NCBI GenBank assembly: GCA_964106915.2
Contig: OZ066927.1
Reading direction: 5' to 3' (one strand)
DNA: 64,000 nucleotides
DNA from: Podarcis gaigeae
Lineage: Eukaryota
Position numbers and translations under genes: made by a program. The notes beneath the pieces are model-generated. The model was given only the letters and a program-made list of their open reading frames with translations, did no database searches and had not been told where the DNA came from. Below are positions 47,540 through 59,500 of this stretch, piece by piece (position 1 is the stretch's first letter; each line of letters begins with the position of its first letter).

Positions 47540-47676
47540 AGAGTATCTGCTTTGCATGCCGAAAGTCCCAGGTTCAATCCCTGAAATCTCCAAGTAGTAC
47601 TGGGGAGAGACACTCTGTGTGAAACCCTGGAGAGCCTCTGCCGGTTAGAATATACAGAACTAGGCTTGAAGGACTT
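47540..47676 (+). mobile_element. Squam3-like tRNA SINE (5' truncated)
   Basis: ctgctttgcatgccgaaagtcccaggttcaatccc with B box GGTTCAATCC. Confidence 0.75.
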
Positions 47677-47755
47677 AAAAGAGCAATCTAGCCGTGTCAT
47701 TCAACAGTGACAGACAACAGCTTTGCTCTAGACATGGCAGGTGCTCTTGTTCAAA

Positions 47756-47934
47756 GGAAGCTGCCTTATATGGAGTGAGATCACCAGACCATCTAACCAC
47801 AATACTGTCTGTACTGACTAGTGGTGGCTCTTTGGCGTTTCAAGTGAGATTCCCTCCCAGCCCTACCTGGAGATTGAACCTGAGACCTACTGCATGCAAA
47901 GCTGATACTATACTCTGAGCTATGGCCCTTCCCC
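47756..47934 (-). mobile_element. Squam3-like tRNA SINE, inverted relative to the 47540 copy
   Basis: ggaagctgccttata...gattgaacctgagacc...tgcatgcaaagc...ctgagctatggccc. Confidence 0.75.
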
Positions 47935-48594
47935 TTCTGTTTCTAGCTGCAGGCTGCTTGCTACCTTGGGGGGTTCTTAAGCCAAAAGAGTTCAGGTGAA
48001 CATGAAATTCTGGTGTTTACTGGGTTCTACGATGGATATCCCTAGGTCAGAAGGGTTCCTTTCTGATATAAATGACCACCTAGAACTGCCTGTTTATATA
48101 TGATTTTACATCTTATTTTGTCTAGAGTTTTATAATTTTGTAATTGGTATCTTTGTCTTGATACTGGTTATTGACCATAATAAAATGACTTGGCTAGTTG
48201 ATCCTAATGAGAAGAATTGCCTACCTTTGGCTTTTGGGAATGTTGATGCCTACGTCTGTTTGGCTACACAATGATTTTTGTGTGCTGCAACAAAGTAGGA
48301 AGCAAGAATTTCCTGTTCTCCCTCCTTTAAGACATTGCTACCCAAACACGTTGGATAAGTTTTGAACTGGATAGAGGACAGCTTTAGCACAAAGTTTTGT
48401 TTTGTGTAAATATTTAAATATGGGGGTTCTGTTTAGGCATACAACTTGTTTATCTTTAGCATTAAACATCAACTTCTTTAATACTACACTTCAAGAATGA
48501 AAGTATCCATTTCCCTGAAAAACTCAAACGAGAAGTCTTTGGAAGCGAATTTCTGCTATACACTATAGAAAAAGCAACTTCACAGTATGATAAA

Positions 48595-48636
48595 TCATGT
48601 CACTAAACATAACTTTCATGTCACTAAACATAACTT
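48595..48636. repeat. 21-bp perfect tandem duplication tcatgtcactaaacataactt
   Basis: Read directly from the sequence. Confidence 0.9.
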
Positions 48637-49511
48637 TCTTTTTCAAATAGTATTGGGAATGAAAGTTGCTTGCTGTTGTGGTTAGGTTATATGGAAATCT
48701 TTGATGCAGGTACCTTCTTAACCATAAAACTAATTTGGGTAACATTGGCCCAGTCACTGTCTCCCAACCTTGGGAATGAAAGGTGGGATATAAACAGAAG
48801 GAAAGCACAAGCTGAAGAATTTATGGTAACTATTTCACTGGGAACACAATGCCAATCAGAGAAGTGCTATATGGTTTATAATCTGGATGTGATAACTCCC
48901 TTTAGTTTACAATATTAATCTGAATTATATTTGGTGTGTTGCGGGATGGAATGTGCCTGCTCAAGAGTTCTATCCAGCTACGTCTTTTTCAGGATTTTCC
49001 ATTCCATGCCCCTCCCCTTTCTGTGGCTGTTTTCGAGCACAGTCAATTACTACTCCATGGCCACTGAGCATGCTCAGTCATCAGCAGGGTTTTTCCTGTC
49101 TCCTTGGTTGTGAATACAGTAATTTCGTTTTGACCAGCATTCAACTGCACTTTGGAAACAGAATTGTACAGTACTTTTTATCTTTTTATCCCTTAGATAC
49201 AGTTTTAAATAGTATACCCATTAAAATGGTGGATTTCACATTTATCTTCCCTTGGTTGTTTTCACAATTCTCCCTCTACGTCCCCCCAAAAACGCTTGGG
49301 CGGACTAGGCTGCTTTATTACGTCACTAGGCTCTATGACGCCACAACTCTCAGAAGCTGGAAAAGGTAGGAAAGCAGAAATACATGAGTGTCAATGAGAG
49401 TCGCCTGACTTCCACGTTGCTAGGCTTCAGTTTTTAAAACGTAGAGATAAAACACTATATAGTCTTTATACCACTATCACCCTGAAATTCCGGTGAAAAC
49501 TGAAGGACCCC

Positions 49512-49672
49512 AGTCGAAACAAAATTTAAAAAATCCTTCTAGTAGCACCTTAGAGACCAACTAAGTTTGTCATTGGTATCTTTCGTGTGCATGCACACTT
49601 CAGATACACTGAAACAGAAGTCACCAGACCCTTATATATCGTGAGAGGGTGGGGAGGGGTATTACTCAGAAG
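49512..49672 (-). mobile_element. Penelope-like element terminal fragment with a degenerate hammerhead ribozyme
   Basis: agtagcaccttagagaccaactaagtttgt...tttcgtgtgcatgcacacttcagatac, typical of squamate PLE terminal repeats. Confidence 0.7.
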
Positions 49673-49959
49673 AAATGCAAATTGCACGTCAGAGTTGTCA
49701 CCGGGGATGTACATAGGAAAGCTGTTTTATGTAATATGATCCTCGGGTAAAAGGGAGAAAGCATGAACTGTAAGAGATAAGTCTAAGGAGGCTTTACGCC
49801 GCATTCTGCACCAGGGTATGCCCACTTGTGTCTAAAATATGCAATTAATAAATAGATGTAGGCACACTCAAAAAAAATAAAATGCAAATTGATGCCGTTC
49901 TAGCCCTTGGCACCAACCTCTATGGTAAACCCGTTTGGCATTGATAAATATAAAGGCAC

Positions 49960-50560
49960 CGAGAAAGAGAAAAAACACGTTCAAACCGGAAGTGGTTATA
50001 AACTCCTCCTATCTCTAGGGTTATTTAAAAGCCGAGGAGTGGGCGGAGCCTCGCGGAGGCGTCTAGGCAAGGCCTTTCAGAACTGGCCAATAAGAACGCC
50101 TTCTCTTGAAGTTCCTGCCCAATAAGGAGCGAAGGGGCGGGAAGAGTCCGCGCTTCACTCATCGCCTCAAGTCAAGCGGTCGGGTCCGTGGAGCATCTCC
50201 GTGAGGCGGTTATCGATCTGGGTCTGGCGGACGGCGGACGAGAGGCGGCGCGGCTATGAGGATGGCGGCGCTGGCGAGCGCGGCCGAGCGGGCTGTACTG
50301 GTGAGAGAGCGGCTGGGGCGTCCGGCCGCGTTGCTGTTGTAGCTGCTGCTGGGTTCGGAGGTAGCGGCGGCGTCTCCTTCCCACTTGGCCGAGAGAAGCC
50401 GAGGCGCCTCTGTTCAGCCCTGAGGGACCAACAGCGGCTCTGCCTGGCTCAACCCCTTCGGTGTGGAGCGGGGCCTTGCGTGACGTCACCCGCGCCGGCA
50501 TCGGCGGTGCGTGACATCACTCCACAGCATCGCGGAGCCGGCGCCGCCTCCTGCCCTGAA
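49960..50560 (+). promoter_or_regulatory. ROGDI CpG-island promoter
   Basis: CpG-rich. ETS CCGGAAGT 49986-49993, GC boxes near 50040 and 50135, two CCAAT boxes near 50088 and 50119, perfect CRE TGACGTCA 50481-50488 in intron 1. Confidence 0.85.
50256..50300 (+). CDS. ROGDI: ROGDI exon 1 ([15 protein letters not shown])
   Basis: CTG|GTGAGA donor; second in-frame ATG at 50262 has the stronger Kozak context. Confidence 0.88.
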
Positions 50561-53500
50561 ATTATAATTACCTTATTTCATAATGATATTTATCATCGTC
50601 GTCGTCATCACCATCCTGAAATATGTTGCCAGCACAGAGAGAGTGCTGTCACTCAGGTCCTCCTTGTGGGCTTCCCTATAGATGCATCTGTTTGGTCACA
50701 GGGTGGTGGACTAGATGGGCCATTCGCCTGATCCAGCAGCTAGTCTCTGTTGATGTTCTTTCCCCTGCTTTCTATGAATTGCCGGAAAAAACTGGGCTGA
50801 GAGTTTCAGCTGCACATTTAAACTTCATTTAAAAGAGTCCAGCCCAAGAGTTTGTGAATTGATGCATTCTGTCTTCACGGGTAATCTGTTCACTGTTGCT
50901 GAATAAAATCACCCGATATACTTCCAAGGAACTCCAGGACACGATTTGAAAACCACTCATGTTAGATAAGATTTGCACCCTGCTTAACAATTCCTTCAAG
51001 GAGTTCCGGGTGGTGGGCAAAGTTCCTTCCCGCAAGGGACCCCACTTTATCTTACAGCATACTTGTGAGGTGGTGATTTCCAGAGGATGTTGAGTCTCTA
51101 GCACTTGTCTTTTCCGCATTTCCTTGCCCTCTGATTCCTCCAGTGTGGTGTAGTGGTTAAGAGCAGTGGACTCGTAATCTGGGGAACCGGGTTCGATTCC
51201 CCGCTCCTCCACTTGCAGCTGCTGGGTGACCTTGGGCCAGTCACACTTCTTTGAAGTCTCTCAGCCTCACTCACCTCACAGAGTGTTTGTTGTGGGGGAG
51301 GAAGGGAAAGGAGAATGTTAGCCGCTTTGAGACTCCCTAGGGTAGTGATAAAGCTGGATATCAAATCCAAACTCTTCTTCTCTTCTCCAAACATTGTGTG
51401 TGCGCGTGTGTGTGTGCAAGTGTGCCTGTTACACAGGAGGGGTGGACACAAGCTGATGTCATAATGATTTTTTAGGCTTTAGTGTGCCACAGGCTTCTTT
51501 GGTCTTCTGAAGTAGGTTAGGCAGAGCAAAAGCATGGAGCAGGGAGGGGTTGTAGCTCAGTAGCAGAGCATATGCTTTGAATACAAAAGGTCCCAGTTTA
51601 GATTCCTAGTCTATCCAGGAAGGGCTGCAAGAGGCCTCTGTTTGACACATGTTGGAAATGATGCTAGACTAGGTGGACTTCTGTCCAAACCAGCAGAGAT
51701 GCTCTTATCCTTTGAGTTGGTGATAGTATGACTGTAGCATTTTACACTGCAAGATGTGAAAGTCATTTCTTTTTTGAAAGCTTCTTTGATGTCTTAAAAT
51801 GCTTCTTCATCAGAGCCAAGTCTTCTTGCCCAGCCTGATCCTTGCTGTGCTAGTGTTCTAGTTACAATGATTTTTTTAAAAAGACATGGGACCATTAAAT
51901 AAAACGACTCCCTGCGCACATACAGTCCGAAAAGGTACAGTCCATCCTGCCATCTGTGGATTCTTTACCACTTCCTTCTGCTGCATGTATATGCCCAGAC
52001 TCTGTCTTGCATTCCCCAAGCAGGTAGCAATAACATCAACATTAACTTCTCCTTATTGAATTGAGCAAATAACTCCTCTTGTCCAGCATTTTCTCTCCAT
52101 CACTGCCAGCCAGAGGCCACTGCCTAGAAGCAAGGTATCATGATGATTGGGATCTCCTGTTATTGTGTCCAAAGATGTACTGCCTCTGGATGTGGAGAGT
52201 CTACTTAACAAGAACTGACCGGGAGAGCTGATGGAATGGTCCTCTCTAAATTTGTCAGTCTCTGTTTGTTTGTGTTCATAGTTCTGCACTTTAAGCCTGC
52301 ATCCACAAATGTTGACAGTTCAGTTCCAGCACAATGAAACATAATTGGTTGGTTCTGTAAGGCACATGGATGGTGCAGTGGTTTTCTGCATTCCCTTCAT
52401 GAATTCTTAAATGCCATTCACAGCTGTTGCTGAAAGGTCTGAATTAGAAGCAAGGTCTGTCACTTTGCTATTTGGATATTATTGGAAAAGAAGGTATATT
52501 GTTGGGGGTGGAGTATCACTGAATAGCCAGTGTGTTGCTTTGCAGCTTCAGATGTAAATTAGGATTGATAAATTTGATCCTAACTGGAGCTGTGAGGGTC
52601 GGAGACACGTCTCAGGTTTCTCAGGAATCTGCAAACTCTACAATGTTTTCATCTGCTGCATTAGTTACCATTGTTATCGCTTTTTCGGCACCAAACACAT
52701 GTCTGCACCGGTTGGCTAAAGTACTTGAAAACTTAGCATATATGGTTCTATATGCTAGGATCCACCAACAGTATTGTTGATTTCAATTGTACAGGCCTAG
52801 AGTTTATACCTTAGTAATTTGTTAGTCTATTAAGGTGCCAGAATACTTACTTTTGCTTTATCATCAATAGAAGACTTTACTGCAGGAGTAGGGAACCTTT
52901 TTCAGTCTGAGGGTTGTATTCCTTTCCAGCGGATTGGGCTAGATGCAAAAGTGGGCCTTGAAAGTGTGAATCATGCCTTTGTGCCATACCTTGCATTCCA
53001 CCATGCAAACCTTTCCATACACACACCTCCACCCTTCAACCAGGCAAGCAAAGAGGCGTTATCACAGTTTAGGGACACGTTTCAGTTAGGCGAAAGCACT
53101 CAAGGAGCATGTGGGGTGGAGGGCCTCCTGAGGGCCAAATAAAGATTGGCCCCACAGGCCTGGGGTTCCCCATCCCTGCTTTATAAGTTTCTCCAGAGTC
53201 TTAAATATACATAAATCTAATCTGGCAACATTTATCACTTGAAACCTGAAACAAAGCATTTATTTATTTGTTTATGTCCCATGTGTTGCTGATGCCAGTA
53301 AGGCTATTCTGGCCCTTAATCAAATTGCTTGGGGCATTGTTTAAACATTAGTTCAAGCAACAGTTCTATGCTGCATGTTCTCAGTTCATATCACACTGTT
53401 CATTTGAATAACACAATGTCTCCAACGCCATAAGGAATGCTTCATCCTAGAGTAGGTTGTCTTAGTGGCAAAAGGTTATTCAGTTTACGTGCAGCATTTT

Positions 53501-56500
53501 TTGTTTGTTTGTGAACTCCTTGATCCTAAGCAGATTCACCCTTACCCAGTGGGAGTGATTCATGGTGCATTTCCACACTTGAAGTACAGTTTTAACCTGT
53601 ACAACATGACAGACTGCTGTACAGATGGGGAACTCTACATCAAGTAACCTGTGTGCATGCCCAGCGTCGGAGATGTACTCTCAGTATCTCAGTATCAAAC
53701 TCTCAGTATCAGAGGGGCACTTTTAGGGGTTTCACTCAATGGTGCTGATCAGCTGTTAAATGCAGAAGATCTGGAGACATCTGTATTCAAGTAGAAATGC
53801 GTAAATGAAGAGTAACCTAAGAGTTTGGACCTAAGAGGTTCCCCAAAGAACATGGTTGGGTGGTGGGAGGTAAGATTTGGCTCCTACCCTGTGCCTTTCT
53901 CCTTAAAAGTAAATGAAGACAGCCTCTTAGAAATAGATTCAAGTTAATTATTAAAGCTATGTAGGTGCTGTCAAGGTTCAAGAGACTCTGAAAGAATTTG
54001 TTTGTGTTCATAGCAGCTGGAGAAGAATGTTCAAGGTGCCCTTGGGGATATAGTCTTACTGTGGCTCCACCGCCCCTTCTGGATCCAGCAGTGCTTCTGT
54101 TTATCTGAAGCCATGTGGTGCTTTTGGATTCACTCCTGTGTAAACAAGTGGATTGTTGTCAGCATTGTGAATAGTTGGTTTCCTCTTTGAACCAAACCTT
54201 TCCAGAATTATTTGGGAACAGACACTGAGATGTCATTGCATGATAGGGAAAGATGTTGGGTGTGGCGTTTCCGCAGTTTATTTTGTCAAAGTCAGAACCA
54301 GGTCAATAAATTGAGGAGTGGTGGTAAGACAGTGAGTCGTGGGGAAGGGACTAGGAGGCATGCTCAGTTCAAAGTTGAGCCTTGCTGGAAGCTCCATATG
54401 TACCTGTCTCTGCAGCTATAAGGCTCAGGGGTGATTTATTTAGATCAGGCATATCCAAAGTCCGTTTTGGGGGCCTAATCCGGCCCGCCGCTTGCTTTAA
54501 TCTAGCCCCTGTGGCAGTTTATATCCCGGGGTAAAATCCTAAAAAACCCTCAACAGCTTCAATCCTAAGAAAAGCTCAACAACAACTTCAGTCCAAAGAA
54601 AAAGGTTAACAACTTCGGTTAGCCCTTTGGTCGGCCCTCATGGCCCTTCACTTCATCAAATCTGGCCCTCTGAAAAAAGTTTGGACACCACTGATTTAGG
54701 TAAATGTTGGATTTCCAAATATTTCTATCAGTATGGCTCAATTTGTGCAGTAGAAAATCTAAGCTATGAATTGTGGCACTTTGGTCACAAAACTGTAAAA
54801 ACAACAACAAAAAGGGTAGAGCCATTGAGATTAATGGACATGTTTTAGTCTTGTCCATCAGTTCTAATTTGAGTCGGGCTAACAAAGAGTGGCTTTTTCT
54901 CAGCAGAGAGAGCAGGACAGCAGAAGCATTCTCGGCAGAGAGAGCAGAACCTGATCCATCTAAACTAAGGAGACACCCCATGCCTTGCTGACTCAATAAG
55001 AGCTTGTGAAATCCGCCTCTGTGCTTGGGAAATGGAGAGGAGGAAGCAATTTTGCCATTGCCTGTGTACTCTTTACTTCTGTGTTGATTTGAATATGAAT
55101 GAAAACCCTGTAGTTTCTAGGCAAAATAAAAATCATGTGAAACTTTCAAGAATGTTAAATTAAAATGTTCTGGTTAACTTGCATAGCTTGCTGCCTGGGT
55201 AAGATCTTCAGTTTTAAAAGTGCATGATCACAAGCATTCTAAATGTCTTTGGATAGTTTCAGCAGAACTTACTCATTTATGTGTGATGATGTGAGTGGAT
55301 AGCTCAGTTGGTTAGAGGGTGGTCTGATAACGCCAAAGTTGTAGGTTTGATCCGCGCGTGCGATAACTGCATATTCCTGCATTGCAGGGGGTTGGACTAG
55401 ATGATTCCTAAGGTCCCTTCCAACTCTACAAGTAAATTATTTTATGAGTGGAGGAACAAAGAGGAGAGTAGCATTGGAGTACTAAATATCTTTCGAAAGT
55501 TCTCAGTGAATCATACTATAGAAATGTGGAGTATAAATGCAGGGGGTTTTAATATGTATTTTCTTTCCCTGCAGGAAGAGGAGTTCAAGTGGCTTTTACG
55601 AGAGGAGGTTCATGCTGTCCTACGGCAGCTGCAAGATATTCTGAAGGTATTTACCAAAACATGATATTTCTTCCGACTGTGTGTTTCTTTGTCTGAAGCA
55701 GTTACTGGGCATACTAGCAACCTCTCTGGCCTCTTGTTCCACTATAAAACAATTTCAAACTTGCTATGGGTTCTGAGTTTTGGTTGCTTCGGGTATATTA
55801 GCCTTTGGCAAAAATTAGTGCTCTCCATAAGCTTTGGAGCACAACTCCTGTCTGCCCCAGCCAGCATCGTACTGACTGGACCTGATGGGAGTTGTAGTCG
55901 AAAACATTTGGAGGGTACTAGGTTGCCAAATGCTGGTCTCTACTTATGATGATACCAGAATACAGTGGTACCTTGGGTTACAGATGCTTCAGGTTACAGA
56001 CGCTTCAGGTTACAGACTCTACTAACCCAGAAATAGTACCTCAGGTTAAGAACTTTGCTTCAGGATGAGAACACAAATCACACGGCGGCAGCGGGAGGCC
56101 CCATTAGCTAAAGTGTTAGCTCAGGTTAAGAACGGACCTCCAGAATGAATTAAGTTCTTAACCCAAGATACCACTGTATGCAAGTATGGCGACAAGACAA
56201 GGCCATGCACTAATTTCACTAGCAAAGAGCCAAATGCCAGGCCAGCTTTGTAGCAGAGATTTAAAAAGGACCCAAATTGTGTACTGCAGATTTGTCCTCT
56301 TCTCACCCCACCCCCAGTCCAGATATCAGAATTACAACTTCAGAGAGAGATTGAAAGACTTCCGCTTTTGGCGGCTATGCTGTGTATGTTCAGGTGGATG
56401 AATGAAGATTACTCGTGGGGTTTTTTAACTGAGTCAAGAAGTGTGTGTGTAGATAGATAGCCGTGAAGTACTTAAAGTTCATGAGATGAAATAAATTTCC

Positions 56501-59500
56501 CAGAAACAGGAAACTCTGGTGCATCTGTTCAAAGTATTTAAAAACAATAGAGAAGTGTGGAGGTAGGTTATACCATTGGTTTTATTTTTGTGTGAAGCAG
56601 AGTGGTCTTGCCAGTTTTCTGAGTTTCTCACAGAAGAAGAAGAAGAAGAAGAAGAAGAAGAAGAAGAAGAAGAAGAAGAAGAAGAAGAAGAAGAAGAAGA
56701 AGAAGAAACAACTTTGGGAGGCAGCTGGTGTCTCCGGCACTCATTCTTCTCTGCTTCTTTCTTGCTCAGGAGGCTTCTCATCGCTTTACATTGCCTGTGA
56801 GCGGTTCAGAGGGACCCATCAAGCAGGAGAACTTTATTCTGGGTAGTTCAAAGTACGTATGGAGATCTTCATGGGCAACATGCTTTGCAACTGTTGTCTC
56901 CTTGTAGCAGCTATAGAGGGGAGGGGAAACAAAGTGGACTTGGCTAAGGCCAGCCAGTGAGGGGGGAGCCAAGTCTGGGATCTTCCATCGCCACTTCCCA
57001 CCACACCATGCGGCTCAGACAAAAGTTGTTTCTCAGGCAGCATCTCAAGAAGCCTCTGTGAGTCAAGATTAGAAAACTATTCAGCTTCTGTCAGTGTAAT
57101 TAAGTTTAAATTAGAAGCACACGTTGGAGCTGATATGACCCCTCTCATCCTTGCCCTTCAATAGCTCCATCCATTCTCCTTTGCTGCCTTTCCCCCTTGT
57201 GTGGAATGTATTCTCTGAGTGTGTATGTTAGGAGCTTAGAACCTTTTTCAGCCCAAGGGCCCTCTGGTCATGGTGGGCAGTGCCAGATGCAAAAGTGGGT
57301 GGAGCCACAGATTTGTACAGTAGGCTAGATTCTAGCCATGCAGAAGTTTCCACATACACATCTCTCCATCCAGGCAAGCAAGAGACACTATCACATTCTG
57401 GCCAGACAAAATCCCTCAAGGAGGGTACAAAACAATGAGGGGTGTGGCCTGGGGAGAATCCCAAGGGCGCTGGACAGAGGGGCGTAGAGAGCTACATCCT
57501 GTATCCTGGCCCAAGATACCCCTCCTCTCTTGTATGCTGGGTCAAGTCTCCCTCCGAACACCTGATTTAAAATCACTTTTTCTGCTTACCCTTAGGTTTA
57601 TTATCTCCCTTGGTCCTCATTCCCAATGGTAGCCAAACTTTAATTTCATGTTGCAGTGCTTGCCTTCATTACTGATCCATCTGTCTCTCTCCATCTCATT
57701 TTCCCCACTCTATTTAGATTGTAAATCCGAACTGCAACACCTTAAGACGTGTAAATAACAAAGGCAGTTTTTTGCTTTGTTGTTGTTTTTTTAAGCCCCA
57801 GGGCTATATAGGAGAAGATGTGCTTTAAATTCTTCAAAGGGGACCACTAGAAAGGTGCAAAGCAGTCAGAAAGATGTGTGTCCCTTCCCTGGTTCTGGTC
57901 TTCAGCCTCGTTGTTTCCATAAAGGGCTGAATGCCCAAGTGGGTGGATGGACACTTCCAAACCCACTGCTCAGGCACATGTTCAAAAATGGGCTGGGAGG
58001 GGGCAGGATGAAGAGAACTCCCATTTCCTCTAGCTGTTGTCTGCTCTTCCTCTGCCAATAGCTATAAGAGCATTGAGTTTTGAGGTAGGGCTGTGCCAAA
58101 ATGCTCCCCTCCCAGATTTCACAACCCTTATTCAGAGACCGCAAACTGGCCATTTCTCTGATTGTGAGGGGTAATGCATAGTAAAAACTTGCTGCCATCA
58201 TGGAGGCCTCTTACTTAAGCAATGTGAGGGTGGGTGGGCAGTTTCTTTAACGATTTTTTTGTTAGCACTGCTGCCTGTAACAGAACAGTTCTGCTTCCAG
58301 CAGCCTGAACATCTTTTTTGTAGCTGCAGAATGACTTGAATGCAGTGTCATTTTAGGACACTTTAGAGGAAGGAAATATGGTTATCACTATTGGTGGCTG
58401 CCATATTTTCCATCCCTCAAAATGCCCCAGAATGATGCTGCATCCAGGTCAATCGGGGCTAAGCCAAAGCAGAGCTGGTCTCTTATCTGTGTCTCTACCA
58501 CTGTTTGGTATGTTGGCATGATAAAAGTTTTTTAAAAATAGAACAGAGACATTGCCCTGCCATCAAATTGTAAAAGTTTATTGCCTACCCATCCTAATAA
58601 ACAATGAATCTGCTCTTTTTTGGTGGCGGGGAGCTGAACCCCTTCCTCTACCAGATTGAATGTCCACAGAATCCATCCAATCCTTTTCCCAGCTTATATT
58701 TGAAGATGATGCACTGCTACAGAGGACCCACCATACTTGGTACTTTATTGAGAGCAGTGTGCATCCTGTCATCAGATCCTTAACCAATCCCAATTTTATG
58801 GTCACATTCCTGTTGCAGAAACAAAGACGATTCATGTCTAAATAACAAACAGAGTTTGTTTTGCTCAATCACACTTTCTGCAATTATACAAGGAGGCTGT
58901 TTGCAGTATGTCAGCAACTGAGAGAAAACCAGAAAATAGCACAAGTCTTTCTTTATGCTGTCTATTCCTGATGCTTCCAATGAGGAAGTTAGAACTGTAA
59001 ATATATAATCCCTGAACAGCACTGGCCTGCTCTTTGAACCATTTGTGTTTGCTTGCGTATATACATCCCCAAACACCTGTGAGAATTAGATGCATTTTAT
59101 TATCCATGTTAACAACACTGCCTTTTATTTCAGCACTGACCAGGTGAAGGGAGTCCTGACACTTCAGGGAGATGCCTTGTGCCAGGCTGTGAGTATTTGC
59201 TCATGCAAGTTTCACGTGGTAGGGAGTGGGTACCTCCCTGATGGTGCCAGGCAGGAAAATCTCATCTCCTTCCAACACTCTTGGCATGTCAGCAGATCTC
59301 CTCTTGGGGGAATTCCAGCTTATTTTTCACTTGGGCCACTATACATTTAAGTACTATTACAGCAGTTTAAACAGTTGTGGCTTCTCCTCAAAACTCCTGG
59401 GAAGTGTAGTTTGTTAAGGGTGCTGAGATTTGTTAGAATACTCCTGGTCCCCTCCCAGAGTTACAGTACCTTGAATAGAGAGGTTGTTTGTTAAACCACT

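Noticed and set aside
50172-50731. 109-176 aa ORFs at the ROGDI promoter
   Set aside because: CpG-island artefacts; the real exon 1 is 50256-50300 in another frame
55292-55365. tRNA-Ile gene
   Set aside because: Mutated stems and direct fusion to a CR1 tail show it is a SINE head; the tRNA-like heads at 47540, 51141 and 51543 are likewise SINEs
56479-56846. Poly-Glu, poly-Lys and poly-Ser ORFs
   Set aside because: Translations of the (GAA)25 microsatellite
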